Of a stretch of DNA of 36,973 nt, positions 24,085-36,973 are shown in pieces (position 1 is the first letter of the stretch; every line of letters starts with the position of its first letter). The stretch comes from Paraglomus brasilianum. Its lineage: Eukaryota. Both the position numbers and the translations under genes were made by a program. The stretch is taken from the NCBI GenBank assembly GCA_910592345.1, contig CAJVPI010000278.1, positions 1 to 36,973 of the forward strand, given 5' to 3'. The notes beneath the pieces were generated by a model, which saw nothing but the letters and a program-made list of their open reading frames with translations, was not told the DNA's origin and made no database searches.

Positions 24085-24846
24085 AAGGAAAGCTCGCGTG
24101 AGAGAATATATTAGTAAGTTGGCGGTTATGAACTAAAGATCGCGTAAATAGAGAACGTCTGATAGTTTGATACGTCATCGAATGAATGATATATTGAATG
24201 CGTAAATGTTAGATCTTTATAAGACTTCTGAAGAGGCTTTACTGTAATAGAGAATTATGGATTCATATACATAATAGTATCGTTCATCTACTATCTCGGT
24301 CCTATCAGATAATGAATTATCTCCGCAATCCTCACTGTTTCTATACTTACCCTTTACTTCATTTCAATATAGTCCTTGTTGTAGAGAATATTGTAGGCCT
24401 CTATTGATTCTCTGGGATTGCATCTTCCCGATACTTAATAGGAGACTACGGTATAAGGAGATGCAGAAATTGAAATATCCATGGTTAAGGCTTTAATTCG
24501 GCCGGTATTCCTCTCACGAGCGGCCCGAATATAACTTTCTTGACACCACTAGCGCTTGGTCGTTTTAGGCGTGTTAGGCATGATCTTGAATGCTCGTTCG
24601 CACGGATTATGTTCACGGAAAGTAAAAGTTCGATCGAAATGTACAAGCAATTACTATTACTCTTCTGAAAAATACATGTTCTTGTGAGAAAAGGTCTATT
24701 GATGCAATGAATCATGCACATACGTTGTGTATATCTTCTTGTCGTATCATAGCCTTAATTCTTACTAATACTAATACATCGATCACGCGCTAAATAAAAT
24801 GACCGGGTGGCTTGGAATTTAACATCAATTCTCTTGTAAATATAGA

Positions 24847-25923
24847 ATGAGCTTCTTACAATTAGTTTCATATGGTGGTGCAGCTCTCGCTTTTATATTT
24901 CTAACTTTAAGTCTAGGCAGGTATTGGGTTCGGTTGCGGCTTGCTCAAATTCCGAATTATGTGCTTACTGACGACAAATGTTTATTTCAGCTTGTGGGCT
25001 ATATTACCTAGGTGGGTCACCCATACTGTAAATGAACTTGATTCAACGGATAGATATACATTTATTATATGTGGCATGTATTACTTTATGCTTATTCGGC
25101 TTTTCAAGTAATTAACCTGTCGTTCGTCTTCTTTTAGCCGAGTTTGTTGAAGAATATACTGTCTTGACACGTAAAATCATTAAGTACTTGACATGGGTAG
25201 AAGTTTCCCCGTATTCCACTCTTTACGTTATCCCGAATTCTCATTTTACCTTGACTTATTAGAGGTTTCACATTCTTTTCCATATTTACTTACTAGACCG
25301 TTGCCATAGTTCATATACTACTTTTTCTATTCGATGGTTTTCCCTTCTGGCGCATTTTATTCTCGTTAATATGCCACGCGGTGTATACACTGAACCTTCG
25401 GACCTTTCCGTTCATAAATTTAACAAACTATCCGTTTATCGCAAGTTGTGGTGAGTATAAACGTCGGCGATTTTTCCGATTACCATCAGCAACCTGAATA
25501 GAGTAGTGGACTAATCCACTCATTCAATTGATATAGTGTTAGTTCTTATTGATCACTTTCTATGGTTCGAATTCTTTGCCTCTCGGTACTATAAATTCGT
25601 GGAGGTTGCTTCGTTCTTTGGAATATGCGTATGGTTGATACCTTTTGCATATTTCATTTCTCTAAGTGCTAACGATAATGCGTTGCCCTCGTTCGGTAAG
25701 TCAGACTGTTAGCTTAAATTTGCGTTTCTCAATTGATTCAATGAAATTAATTATGCTGTGTCTTGTATTAGACCCCAACGTTCATAATATCGATGCGATT
25801 CCGGCACGGAACAGAGCGGGTTTGCTGAAAAAGGCGATCAATTTCGTTCTTCAAAAGAAAGGTGAATTGATTCCAACAGCCACACCGTCATCAAGCAGCT
25901 TTGAGGCACGAAAGTTACTTTGA
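24847..25923 (+). CDS. SVP26: Svp26/Erv26 (TEX261) ER-Golgi transmembrane cargo adaptor (multi-exon)
   Basis: Spliced reading MSFLQLVSYGGAALAFIFLTLSL|ACGLYYL|AEFVEEYTVLTRKII...LFDGFPF...LIDHFLWF...EVASFFGICVWLIPFAYFISLSANDNALPS; TGA at 25921-25923. Confidence 0.9.
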
Positions 25924-26366
25924 AGCACAGCTATTTCTGTCGTCTGCAACAAGACAATGATCCAAAGCACACATCATGTGTTGTTAAGGATTTTAATGAA
26001 ATAATAACATCAGGACGAGAAATAATAATTCTGTAATTCAGTATTGTAAGTATTATGTTCGTCTCTATTTAGTAAATAGAGAACATTCCCGCATGATATA
26101 CGCGGCGGATGTTCTACAGTTTTGATTTGTCCGAGCAGGCTTTATTCGTAAAAAGTTCCGATTGCATAGAAATAATCATTGGTATTCAATGCAAATTTTA
26201 ATTGAGAGAATTAATAGCATTGACGTATTATCCCGTTGAATTGGCAATGTCTACGAAATAAATATCAATGTATCAAATAATAATCGAATCGTTTACGTTT
26301 GAATATCTGATAACATATTGATGACATACCTGGGGTAAGGATCCCTCCTGAAATTCGTCGTTCATA

Positions 26367-26664
26367 TCATTGCTTTGCTATTGTCACATCGTGGGTTGGT
26401 GGGGTTGACGTATTTTGTGATTTAGATGGTGCTGGAAGCCGTTCTTCAAGACGTTCACTTATGTACATGCCCATTAGAGCGATTGCAATGCCAGCTATTT
26501 CATAGGAATTTGTATCTATATCAATTTAAAATCATCATAGAAAACGACAATTGTTAGAGCGCGAGAAGTTACCGACTCAACCCTATATATTTTCGCGCTC
26601 TTGGAGGAATCGCTTTGTATGACTGCCAAAATGATTTCTCGTTTTGATTTCCAACTTGCACCAT
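26367..26664 (-). CDS. Small single-pass membrane protein (~70 aa, one intron), uncharacterised
   Basis: MVQVGNQNEKSFWQSYKAIPPRARKYIGL|TGIAIALMGMYISERLEERLPAP...AKQ* using GTCGGT...AAATAG. Contains a hydrophobic segment. Not in the ORF track. Confidence 0.55.
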
Positions 26665-27582
26665 TTTTCGAATGGATAATGCAAAAAACTGGTTGATCGC
26701 ATGTTTATAGATGATCTTCTACCAATGAATGAACGCGACATCCCATTGATATGATTTCGAACCGAACAAACCACAATTTTCAATTTTCGCTATTACTATT
26801 TGTAATTTTAACAAACACCCCTTTCAAGTAACTCACACTTTTAGATAACGAACATTTTTAAACTCTGGCTCAGAACAAGGTCAGAGACATATGACGTCTC
26901 AGTTCCAAGACTGCTCGAATCACTTTCAATAGCATCTGATCCAATAGGCACATGAGAAATTATTGTTTATCTTTTTGAGCCAAATAATTTGTTATCAAGC
27001 TTTCTCGCCTTGCATGTACAGTATATTGGTTATTAAATAACAGTTCTTACATTCTAGTGTTATTCAATAATTTGGTTTATTATCTGCGATGACACCAACG
27101 GCTAGGACGTCATTTTACGTATACTCCTCAGAATGGCGAATAGTAATGGGACGTGTCGAAATAGTTTCTCAAGGCTTTATCACTCTCCAAAACGCTCTTC
27201 CATGTATTAATTGAATAACACGGACACTAATCGATCGTAGCAATAAGTGCTTATCTCACAGTGGATATTATTATTGTATTTCTAATGGAATGTTATTTTT
27301 GTATTTGAAACGATTTTTAATACAGATATAGATGGACGAATACATATGTATACAATGGTTCAAACTAGCATAGTAATAGTGTGTGTAATTCAGTCAAGAT
27401 CTATTCGCTGGTACCTTGATTTAAAAACACGAAAACTAAGATATTAATATGGGGGGCCAAACCCCTGAAGTCTATCATGACGTTATGACCCCATTTTAAT
27501 TGGGTCTTTTTTACATTGCTACGATTTATAGAAAGACTGAACTACATTGTTGCTATCCTGGCAGTGAACAGACGTGAAAAAG

Positions 27583-27621
27583 CAAATGTCGGAAAATAAC
27601 CAAATGTCGGAAAATAACCAA
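27583..27621 (+). repeat. 18-nt tandem duplication at the TAF4 start
   Basis: CAAATGTCGGAAAATAAC occurs twice followed by CAA, giving two in-frame ATGs (MSENNQ MSENNQ). Confidence 0.85.
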
Positions 27622-29233
27622 GTCTCTGCTACCCATCGTTCTAATCATACACAACAACCGCCAACGTCGATTATGGTGCCAGGACAGAGTATGGACCCGA
27701 TACCCTCCTATCGACCTACGATATATACTCCTATTGTGACCACACCATCGATAGTATTACCTCGTGTTGGAAGTATGTAGTCTGTTTTAAGAGTAGGTCC
27801 TCCTCTCTTTGTCCGTTTCTTGCTAATCTCGTACGGTGATTACTGGTTCTTATTATTCCGTAATCAGTAGTCCCAACGACACCACAGACGCCAATCACAG
27901 CGACACCTAATCAATCGTGGGTAGTCGTTTAAAGGACTTGCATTCTAGGGATAATTTGGATCATAAAATGTAAATGAATTTTTGTTATTGGAATATGCAG
28001 GCGAATTATGGGCCAACCTATACCAAGAGCGGAAGAAAAAATAGATATAGCGACTTTAACTGACGCCATGTCTTTTACGGGCGTAGATCTAAAGGTCAGT
28101 TAACAAATCATTATGTAAAACCATAGTCGAATAAGAATGCTTACAACGGCAATTTCATGATGATGACACAGGAAGAATCGGACATTATTCTGAGAGAAAA
28201 TGAAATACTACAGCATCGTCAGTCGTTCGCTGCAGTACCGGACAGAGATCGATCAAGATTACAGAGTTTCCTGAACCAGATAAAACTAAGGAGTATTGTC
28301 AATAAGATTGGTAATACACAAAACGTATATTCATTTGAGTCGTGTATATCGGAAGATATTTCTCTCTGATGTTTCTGTTCTCCTGATGATCTAGCAAAGA
28401 TACAGAAACTAAGCGTACACGAAGACGTCTACGCATACCTTGCACTTGCTACTCAAGAGAGAATTAGGTCGCTACTTGAAGAAATGATTATTGTTAAAAA
28501 CCATCGAACACTCGCGGATCATACACACCAACCACCACTCGATGATAATAATCAGCCAATGTATAAACATGTGATATCACAAGACGTTCGTTCTCAATTA
28601 CATGCTATTCAAAAAGTAGACGCCGAACAAGAACGCAGACGTCATGAAATAATATCCGATCGACAACGTCGAGACCAGCCAGACAAGGGCGACGATGGTA
28701 ATGAAGACAGGCTAGACGAAGGTTCGGGCTTACCACTGAAAAAGAAAAGACGCAAAGAATCTGTCAAAGAAGGCTCTAAACATCTGAGTGAAGATGTAAT
28801 GAAAAAAATCACAAATCAAACAGCCCTAACAGCCGCTGGTGGTTTAACCAAAAGCTGGATGTTACAGGCGACAAGCGAACCAACATTACCTTCTCCATCA
28901 CCTACAGCATCTTTGTCGACGACACCAGTACAGACACCGACATCGACCATACCAAGCACATCACAATCTACGACGTTAACGTCTAAGGCTCGGGTTCGTG
29001 GTCGCCCTTCTGCTGTGCGTGGAGGGAGGTCATTATCGAGTGGTAGATTAATACCAAGAGATTCAGCAGCAAATGTTACAGCACTTGCACCACCACCGCG
29101 TCATGCAAACAGCACTGCAACTAGAGTGACGGTAAAAGATGCGTTGTTTGTTCTAGAGAGAGACCGTGGTGGTGGAGGCTTGGGTAGTGCGCAAAATGTT
29201 CTCATGAAGAGCTATGTGAAATGGTTAAGGTAG
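27586..29233 (+). CDS. TAF4: TFIID subunit TAF4 (multi-exon)
   Basis: DIATLTDAMSFTGVDLKEE, histone-fold YLALATQERIRSLLEEMI, DVRSQL, NQTALTAAGG..KSWM and C-terminal RVTVKDALFVLERD. Confidence 0.9.
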
Positions 29234-32200
29234 GTAGTGTAATAATAAAGCTAATAAAGGCCTAGACTGTAAGAATAAACCGCAAATGCGTTTAATGTGA
29301 TCTGTGTAAAAGACGAAGTGCAGGCAGTAGGGTTTCTTTTTACTGTCACTAGCTTTACTTTCGATGTGAACTATTATAACAGTATCAACAACCATAGCGA
29401 AAACGAGTTTCTCGGTTTGTTAATCTCCTCTTTGGAAAAATTGTAATTAATTTAGGCAGCGTAATATATAAAAGTCAGCCCGTCACCGGATGTGGCTCAG
29501 TGGGTTATTTGCGCAGATTCGCGATCTTTATGTGAGACTGCCTATGATATAAATATTCTTTCTTGCACTCACGCTCCTATATTTCTATATTCGATTGATG
29601 AGCAGTTCGAATAAAAGTTATCTTTGGATTAAAGGTTTAGGTATGCTCATCTATCTGTCCCTAATGAAGTTGTAATCTGACTGGAGTCTCTAAAAAGCTG
29701 GCATACAATTTGCCCTGACAAAAACATTCTCCTAAAGTAATCAAAACAAATTAATCTGCAACATTTGCTGGAAGACACAAATTGGTAAGTCACTGATCTT
29801 ATCTTACGAAGAAGTTTAGTCTCATTAATGTACAACATTCTAATGCCTAACAACGCGAGAGTGTTCCCAGCCCTTTACAAGACTGCATACTGCAGAGTCG
29901 TAAAAAAGGATGACAATGAATCCAAAAGCGAAAAATCAAATTTAGAAGAACCAAATCAATTTAACTGGAACGTTATGAATCCTCGCCAAGTGCAATCGTC
30001 AATAAAACTTATATTTAGATAAAGGTTAGCTGGATATCATTAATTTGAAAGATATATTTTTTTCCAATCCTCTTCTACTTAATTATTGTTCAAAACATGC
30101 AAGAGACTGCCGCCATTTCAAGACGAATTAGAACTCGTTAAAATGGGACGCCGATCAGGTGACATTCATCTGTCTTGGTCAATCGTTATTAGCTCGCTAA
30201 TTTATACGGGTAAGTTATTATTCTTGTAAAAGAGAAGAAAGGCCAACAAAAGTCTTGTAATGAAGAATTAGATGATGCTCACATGTAAATTTCGAAAGAG
30301 TTTGATAACGTTCTTAGAACACTTAAAAGTTTATTATATATTGTAATAAAGTCGATAGTTAAAGATGAAGTGAGCTATGGATACTAACATGGTTTGTCGA
30401 CCTTCACATATTCGCTGAGGTTTCGAGGTCTTTATTTAGGCACTCACATATTCGCTGAACATTCCCAAACAATACTAGATGGAAGTATTTACTATACTAT
30501 GATGCCCAGAAACTAGCTCAAGGTCTTGGATTAAAAGTAAATTCGCTATCTCTCAAAGGGTATACTCAATCATACAGCTGGTGTTATAATGTGTCGACTT
30601 ACAATTCATGGTCGCAAGATACAGACTTCACATTGTTTAGATCAGGTGGCGAATAAATGGCTGACGACAAAGTAGACGGGGAAAAGCGCGCGTTTCCGAT
30701 CGGAAATACCTTCTACCAAATAGCCGTTTATACAAATGAGGACATGAAAATGCAGCCCAAATAAGCCGCCGAGTAATCGGAGAAATGTAGAAGGTAGAAG
30801 CGTTGGCACGGGTTTTATTCGATTATCACTAAGCGTAACGGAATGTATGTGTTTTACTTAAAATTCGATCTATTACTATTGTACAATAACTTGAACAATA
30901 CTTGCAGATATAACATTTTCGAATTTTGGCATTAAAGTCTAAATTTGTCCAGCTAGAGGGCGTTTGTCCATTGTACAATTTTATTTTACGCTTCAATTAT
31001 GTAATTAAAATCTGTAGTATTTCCGATTTTAGCTTTGTAATGGCCATATGAATTCTGATTCAATTTCTTACAAGCTCTTGTCCCAACTGGAGAGAGCTTA
31101 ATATCACCGTTACTGTTGACCGCGTATAAACGAAAATATGATACATTATATTGATAAGTATAGAAAAAGTAAGTTTCAAATTACATAATAAGAATGCAAC
31201 AATGCCAGAGATGAAGAATGCAAAGTCTGCATTAAATACAGTTAGTTAAATGAGAGGGCAAGCCTGGATATAGTATGGTATTCCAGTTACTCTACTCCAC
31301 GAAAATCGTGTGCCACACATTTCTATAACAGGATTTCGTTTATGAAGATTATGCATAACACATTTATTATATTAAATGCGGATCCATGTGGGACCGTGCT
31401 CATGTTTCGACAATTACAAAGTTTACGGATGATTTGATCCCAGGAAACTTGTCCCAACCAATTAATTAAGCGACGATCTGTTCGTTTGTGAGTCTTGACG
31501 CTGACCCGACAGTTAAGTCATGCGCAATTCGAGCGCGTATAACAACAACTCTGTTATATTGGGTCTGAGAATGGGCAAGATATGAATTGTCTTAATATTA
31601 AGAGACAATACCCTAATAATAATAATAATATAACTGTAATAGTAATAATACTTAATTGGCGAACGCCGCACTATCCAATATTGCCGTCCCCAACACAATT
31701 GGATATGACAAGCGATCAGATCAGAAGGCAGACTCCATTCCTGGATACAAAAGCTTTTTTTGGACATGTGCTCAAACGCTGCGGACACGTGAGGAATATG
31801 ACGAATGCTTTTTCTGCGCCGGTTTAATATTTACTTGAGCAAATCGTTAAACTTTGAATTTTCTATATTGTCGAATTCATTCTCGGAACATAGTCAAGTC
31901 GAGAAAATTGCCCGGTAGTGTCGGAAACCGATAGTCTAAGGGATAGCAGCTGGTACATATATTGATTGAAGTTCTTTCGTCTTTCGAGGCGTAGTTACCA
32001 CTCGGTACGGCATGGAAACCTCACAGTATAGAAAGTCAACGTCGAATTAAAATAGCCATTTTTTATTCAATTGTTTAGCATTTATTTTGATACTAGAAAG
32101 CCGGACCGACTCTTATAGTTTGAACGAAACATGCAAAATCTGTTTCATATGTAAGCTTTATATGAGTAAGACGTTATTTTCTTAAGCAGTTACTGGATTT

Positions 32201-32529
32201 GAACAGTCAGAAAAGGCATATTCATAATGAGAGCAGTGTTCAGCGAATTTGCAGTGTTTTCAGCAATCATCGTATTTGTAACAAAAGTTCTGTAAATGAA
32301 TCGTCTTGGCTTGCCAAAGGTCCAGACTCGGGTAACGTAGAGTATTATGAACAATCCACAGTAGTAGTTGTGGTAAAAATCCAGGGAATGCTATATCCGC
32401 AGTTTTTCGTCATTAATTGGTGCGACACTTGTGAAACAACTGACGTTTTAAACGGTTTGCACTTTTTACGCAGTACTGTAAATTGTGTGGCTTATTTGAG
32501 TATCCCGCCCCCAGGAAAAGCAAAGGAGT

Positions 32530-35500
32530 ATGGAAGATAAAAAGAGGACTTATGCTGAGAGATGTGCCTCTCCTTCACGCGCAAACCCGCCTCCAAAAAG
32601 ACAATTTCTAACGCAGAGTTCTGGGAACGCTGGCTTTGGAACTAATGGGCTTTCAACCTCGACAATCTATAACACTGGCTACTTCGATGCTCCCGTGAAC
32701 ATTGACATAAACGATCCAAAGTCCCTCGAGGTAATTAATTACTCTTAATCGATTCATTTCAATTACGATGAGCTTGCTACTAGAACAGTTTCTAAGTCTT
32801 ATCGCGTATTTCCCATTCGATGGTATCTTCTATGCATGTAATTAGAAATTCCAAAAAGAAGCTATTTTCTGTCGAATGCAAGAGTATAAGCGAGAACACG
32901 AGAGGGCAGCCAAGTTTATTGAAACTCTTGAAAGAACAGAGCAAGATTGTGAGGCCGAATTGAGTGCCGTTAACATTTACTGGGAACAGGTAAACAATTT
33001 ATTGTTATTGAGACGGCTCTGCTCATTCGCATATCGGAAAATTATGTTAACGTTCAATTGTAAAAAAATTCTTTTACGGTTCATAGCTACTTAATGGATT
33101 GCGTCTTTTAGTTTCACGAATGGATGAGGACGGTTCACTCTCTAAAATTATACCGGATCCAGGTAGAGTCTTTTCTTTTCTTGCTTATTATCTTTTCAAT
33201 TATTTTGTTAACTTTAATCTTGTTTGTCGTAATTACTCTATACTTTTGAATTATCGTCCGGTTTTATGCACTGACCGATTGAATATTTGACAAATTGCAA
33301 CATACTCCCGAACGCCAATGTCAGTTTTAATAAAAGAGTCGAACTTCTTGAGACGTCTTATACACATAGAAGAAGACGGCATATTTACAGACTTAATAAA
33401 GGCGGAGCTGAGGAAGAAATGTTCGTATACCTTAGATGCTTACAAAAAGTTGGTGGAAAAAATGGCCGCTTGGCTAGACGAAAGGAATGCTTTGATAAGA
33501 ACTCTGCAGAAAGAAGATGATCCTGTACTAAGAGAGAATAAAATGATTCGCCTGCTCAATAAAGAAGTGGAGAAATTAGGACAGTTAAACAATAGACTAA
33601 GCGAAGAGTTAATAGAACTGAAAACTGAAACATCCATGTGGTCGCAAAGAGTGAGTCGAATATAATTTTTGTTATGGTTTGTAATCTATTTGACTTGCTA
33701 ATCTGTATTTTGATTGAACAGATGTCAATACAAGCTCTAGAGGATGAACTCCAAAAAGTTAAAAATAGGCTGAGCGAGACCATCAATTGTTGGGACAATG
33801 CAAAAAGCGAATTATTAAGGACTGAAAAGAAATTTGAAAAGTTTAGAATTCAGCATGCTAATTGCTCGGGTGATGCTCCTACTACCCCTGGCACTAATGG
33901 CATTCAACAGGGAGGTTGTAACGATTCTGTAAGTGCTGATAGTTTATTTTTGGCCGAGAAGGACAATTTTACGAAAAGTTATGAAGAAATTAGTCATCGG
34001 ATAAAGTTATGGGCATTGTTATTTAGGCAATTACAGCCCTAACGCATATTTTGTTACGTTACAGGCTGATGGCCGTGATGTAATACATTATAGGACCGTA
34101 GCAGATTCTCGTTTCAAAGAAATAGAAGATCTTAATGCTGCATTGGTTAAAGCTGAACAGGAGAAGGATTCATTAACTCTTCAGGTAGGAAACTTTACAT
34201 GCATTTCGTAGTGTATGTTGAGGACAATCGAATGCCATTTATTTGTGGGTTTAATGTTTATTTCTTTATTACTCTTTTTGGTTTTAAAGCTTAAGAATAT
34301 GCCTGAGGATCGTGTAACTGAAACTCACGTATTCAAAGATCTTCAAGTCCAATTTTCTCAAGCACGAGGCGCTGCCGAACATTTTCGGACTATGGTCGAG
34401 AATTTAACTCGCGAAATAGAAGATTTACGAGGTAGTCGACGGGCATTTCGATCACAAGAAGAGGTGTGCTCATATTTCTCACTCACTCTCTTCATCCTGC
34501 TTTATTACTTGTCAAATTTTCCAAAAGCTCAGAGTTAAAGTTCCTTGAATAGAATGAGGCGAACAGCCGAGTAAACGATATCATGACGGAAATGAGGAGT
34601 CTCGAAACGGATTTGAATCGTATTCGTACTCAACGTGATGAAATACAACACGAATTGGAGATTGTCACGGCAACGCGAGCGTCAGAATTTCAACAGGTTA
34701 CGATGCTAAGAAAATTGGCGAACGATCGGAAACAAGCCATAAAAGTATTACAGGATGAAGTTAGGAGATTAAAACTTATGATCTACGCAGAGACGAGAAA
34801 TCAAAAGGCCGTTGAGTTTTATTCCAGTGACCCGCCTGATATGGGAGATGATATTAGCATCGGAAAAATTAACGAGGAGTTATCATATGTTGCCGAACTT
34901 GAGGAAAGATTAAAGTGAGGAGGCTACTGTTATTTGAAGTTGATTCTTTAACTTTTTTGATTCATTCTTTAACCGAAATGTTACACATTTATTGACTACT
35001 TATCAGACAATCAGACGAAGAGCGAGAAATACTTGAAAGGCAGTTGGAGGCGTGTCGAGATGCGCGATCAGATGTCAAAGATGTCCAATCGATTAGAGAA
35101 TCCGAATATAGACTACGGAAAGAAGTTGACACACTAAAGCGTCGGCTTGATGAATATGACAAAAAATATGGAATTAAAGATCCTGGAGACGACCCCTTGC
35201 ATATATTGTCTGCCAAGATTGCCGAAAAGGACAAGTTGATAGAAGAACTTCAAGAAAAGTGTCAGACGTCTCAAGCAGTGAGTGTTTTGAGAAAATTGGT
35301 TGTTTGTTTAATGAATAGCATGCTTACAATTTTTGCTTTTAGCACGCAAGGATATTGGAGCGTGAGGTTGACACCCTTGTAGATCAGGTATCCAAACAAG
35401 AAGAGGAACATAGTAGAAAAGTATGGGATACAATTAAAGCTGAAGATACTATATTACGATTGACTGACGCGGTGAGTGCAAAGACGAGCTATGCTATGGA

Positions 35501-36408
35501 ACTGCCAAAAAAATTTTTTGTTGTTGGCTGTACTGACTTTGTTGTCATGTGGTTTCAGAAAACGCGAGCAGAACAAAAACTGCATAATGTATATAAAGAA
35601 AATATTTCACTCAAGAAACAAGTTGCAGAATTTGGTAAAGTTCAGCTCAAAGCAGAAGAGACCCGACGACAATTTGAATATAAAAACGTCAATTTGAACC
35701 AGCAGCTGGTTAGTAAGATTTATTAGTTGATTAGACCCGTGTACAACTTTTAGCTCAGGATTAATTTTAATTGAATGGACAGCAAAATCAAGAGAAAGAG
35801 CTCGCAGCGGCAAATGCAGCATTGCAAATCCACAAGATTAAACTAGCGGAAATGACAGAAGAGGTTAACAGGATGAAAGAGACCTTATCCAAAGGGGAAT
35901 CTAAATATAATGAGGTTGGTAACCGTCACGTATTTAAATATTATGACGTTAAATTCTAAGCGAAATGTTATGTATTATTTCAGCTCGCAAACATGTTGAA
36001 AACCAAGACCGCACAAATAGTTGAAGAAAATAAATTACGACGACGTGCAGAAGAAGAAATGTTAGTCTACAAGAATAAGGCTCAGACGAAGAAGTCGACA
36101 CTGTCTGCAGGCTTAGAAGCCGAGGTTAATGCGTATAAGGTATTTATTTGCGTCATACTACATACATTCGTGGGGTGTATGTTTGTGTTTGCTTTTTCAT
36201 CAAATTTTGTTAATGGTTTTTGTTTAATCTTTAGGGCAAGCTAAAATGTTCGATTTGTACGGAACGGTTTAAAGACACCTGCATAATAAAGTGCATGCAC
36301 TGTTTCTGCAGGCATTGTATAGACACACGGGTAGAGATGAGACATCGTAAATGTCCCGGGTGTGGTGAACAGTTCGGCGTCAATGATATTAAGACTATCT
36401 ATTTGTAG
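32530..36408 (+). CDS. BRE1: E3 ubiquitin ligase Bre1 (H2B monoubiquitination), multi-exon
   Basis: N-terminal MEDKKR...FQKEAIFCRMQEYKRE, long coiled coil with ETDLNRIRTQRDE, and C-terminal C3HC4 RING LKCSICTERFKDTCIIKCMHCFCRHCIDTRVEMRHRKCPGCGEQFGVNDIKTIYL*; TAG at 36406-36408. Confidence 0.93.
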
Positions 36409-36791
36409 ATATCTTTCGGGTCATCTTTCTTTTCTTTACTCTGCTTGTCTCTCCTCTCCTAATATAAGACTATGGGAGTGGAGGATATAATTTGAGGAGA
36501 TAGGCGGTCATTCTTCATAATCTGCGATGTAATATCAATATTAGCCTATGTATATTTTCATCTGTTATAACCCTTCAGCTTTATAATCTCGCGATATCAC
36601 AGTAATAGGTTTACAAATCTTTTATATTATTCCTCGCATCACTCTTTTTCCCAATACTTTCCCTTCAACTTTTTCTGTACAGATTTCTTTACAATTTCTA
36701 TATCTTCATTAACTTCATTCTCGATAATCTGCACTACCCCATTCATTTTAATTCTATCATGGCTGGTGATAGTAAGATTTTCACCGTCGTA

Positions 36792-36973
36792 CGGATGGAT
36801 TGAATCGATCAACTATAGCTAAAAATAGTCAACTATAATCAATAAATTGGCATAATTATGTTACATAACTAAGGCTCCATCAAGCAATGCCCGGAGAAAA
36901 TTCCCCGGGCGCCATTTGGATCTCTATTAATCTGAAGTCCACACCCATCACACCCAAATACTTTATTTCCACC
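36792..36973 (-). mobile_element. 3' end (right end) of a second near-identical IS607-like TnpB/Fanzor2 element, truncated by the window end
   Basis: Reverse complement of 1-183 with three differences: a 1-nt deletion in a T-run (frameshift after GARGIF), C>A at the position equivalent to 109 and G>T at the position equivalent to 131. Same ...CCATCCG boundary. Confidence 0.88.

Noticed and set aside
24340..24760. Splice-like signals on the - strand divergent from SVP26
   Set aside because: I could not assemble a consistent reading frame. It may be a non-coding transcript, but the sequence alone gives no support.
29484..29540. tRNA A-box-like TGGCTCAGTGG
   Set aside because: No B box (GTTCRA) or cloverleaf follows, so a tRNA or SINE is not supported.
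30404..30458. 15-nt direct repeat TCACATATTCGCTGA, two copies 40 nt apart
   Set aside because: Only two units with no array or cas context; most likely a local duplication.
29640..31840. Possible decayed coding or transposon sequence between TAF4 and BRE1
   Set aside because: Short broken frames with no motif I can assign to a family.
1..36973. Whole window as a giant TIR transposon, linear plasmid or virus with 183-bp terminal inverted repeats
   Set aside because: The repeats start mid-ORF, are Fanzor 3' ends facing inward and are exactly identical for 77 nt (k-mer-like). The interior is ordinary intron-rich housekeeping genes with no polymerase, capsid or intact transposase.

Overview
Intron-rich fungal genomic DNA. 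The gene set and intron style suggest an early-diverging Mucoromycota/Glomeromycotina-like fungus (inference), and the window is probably a whole assembly contig. Host genes, in order: Cdc11/AspA-type septin (+), Chp1-like chromodomain protein (-), C2H2 zinc-finger transcription factor (-), TMEM41/DedA membrane protein (-), DUF3605/Gig1-like protein (+), Svp26/TEX261 (+), a small membrane protein (-), TAF4 (+) and BRE1 (+). Degraded Tc1 and pogo transposon relics lie between them. The main unannotated signal is a family of IS607-type TnpB/Fanzor2 (RNA-guided nuclease) elements present three times. Both window ends carry the last ~38 codons of a Fanzor2 gene plus a structured omegaRNA-like right end, in inverted orientation. 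A diverged internal pseudogene (~20270-20980, - strand) retains all three RuvC motifs and the zinc ribbon. A second unexplained signal is a ~250-nt GC-rich structured island at ~14950-15205 that looks like a stand-alone ncRNA gene. All calls come from manual reading and translation; no searches or folding programs were run.
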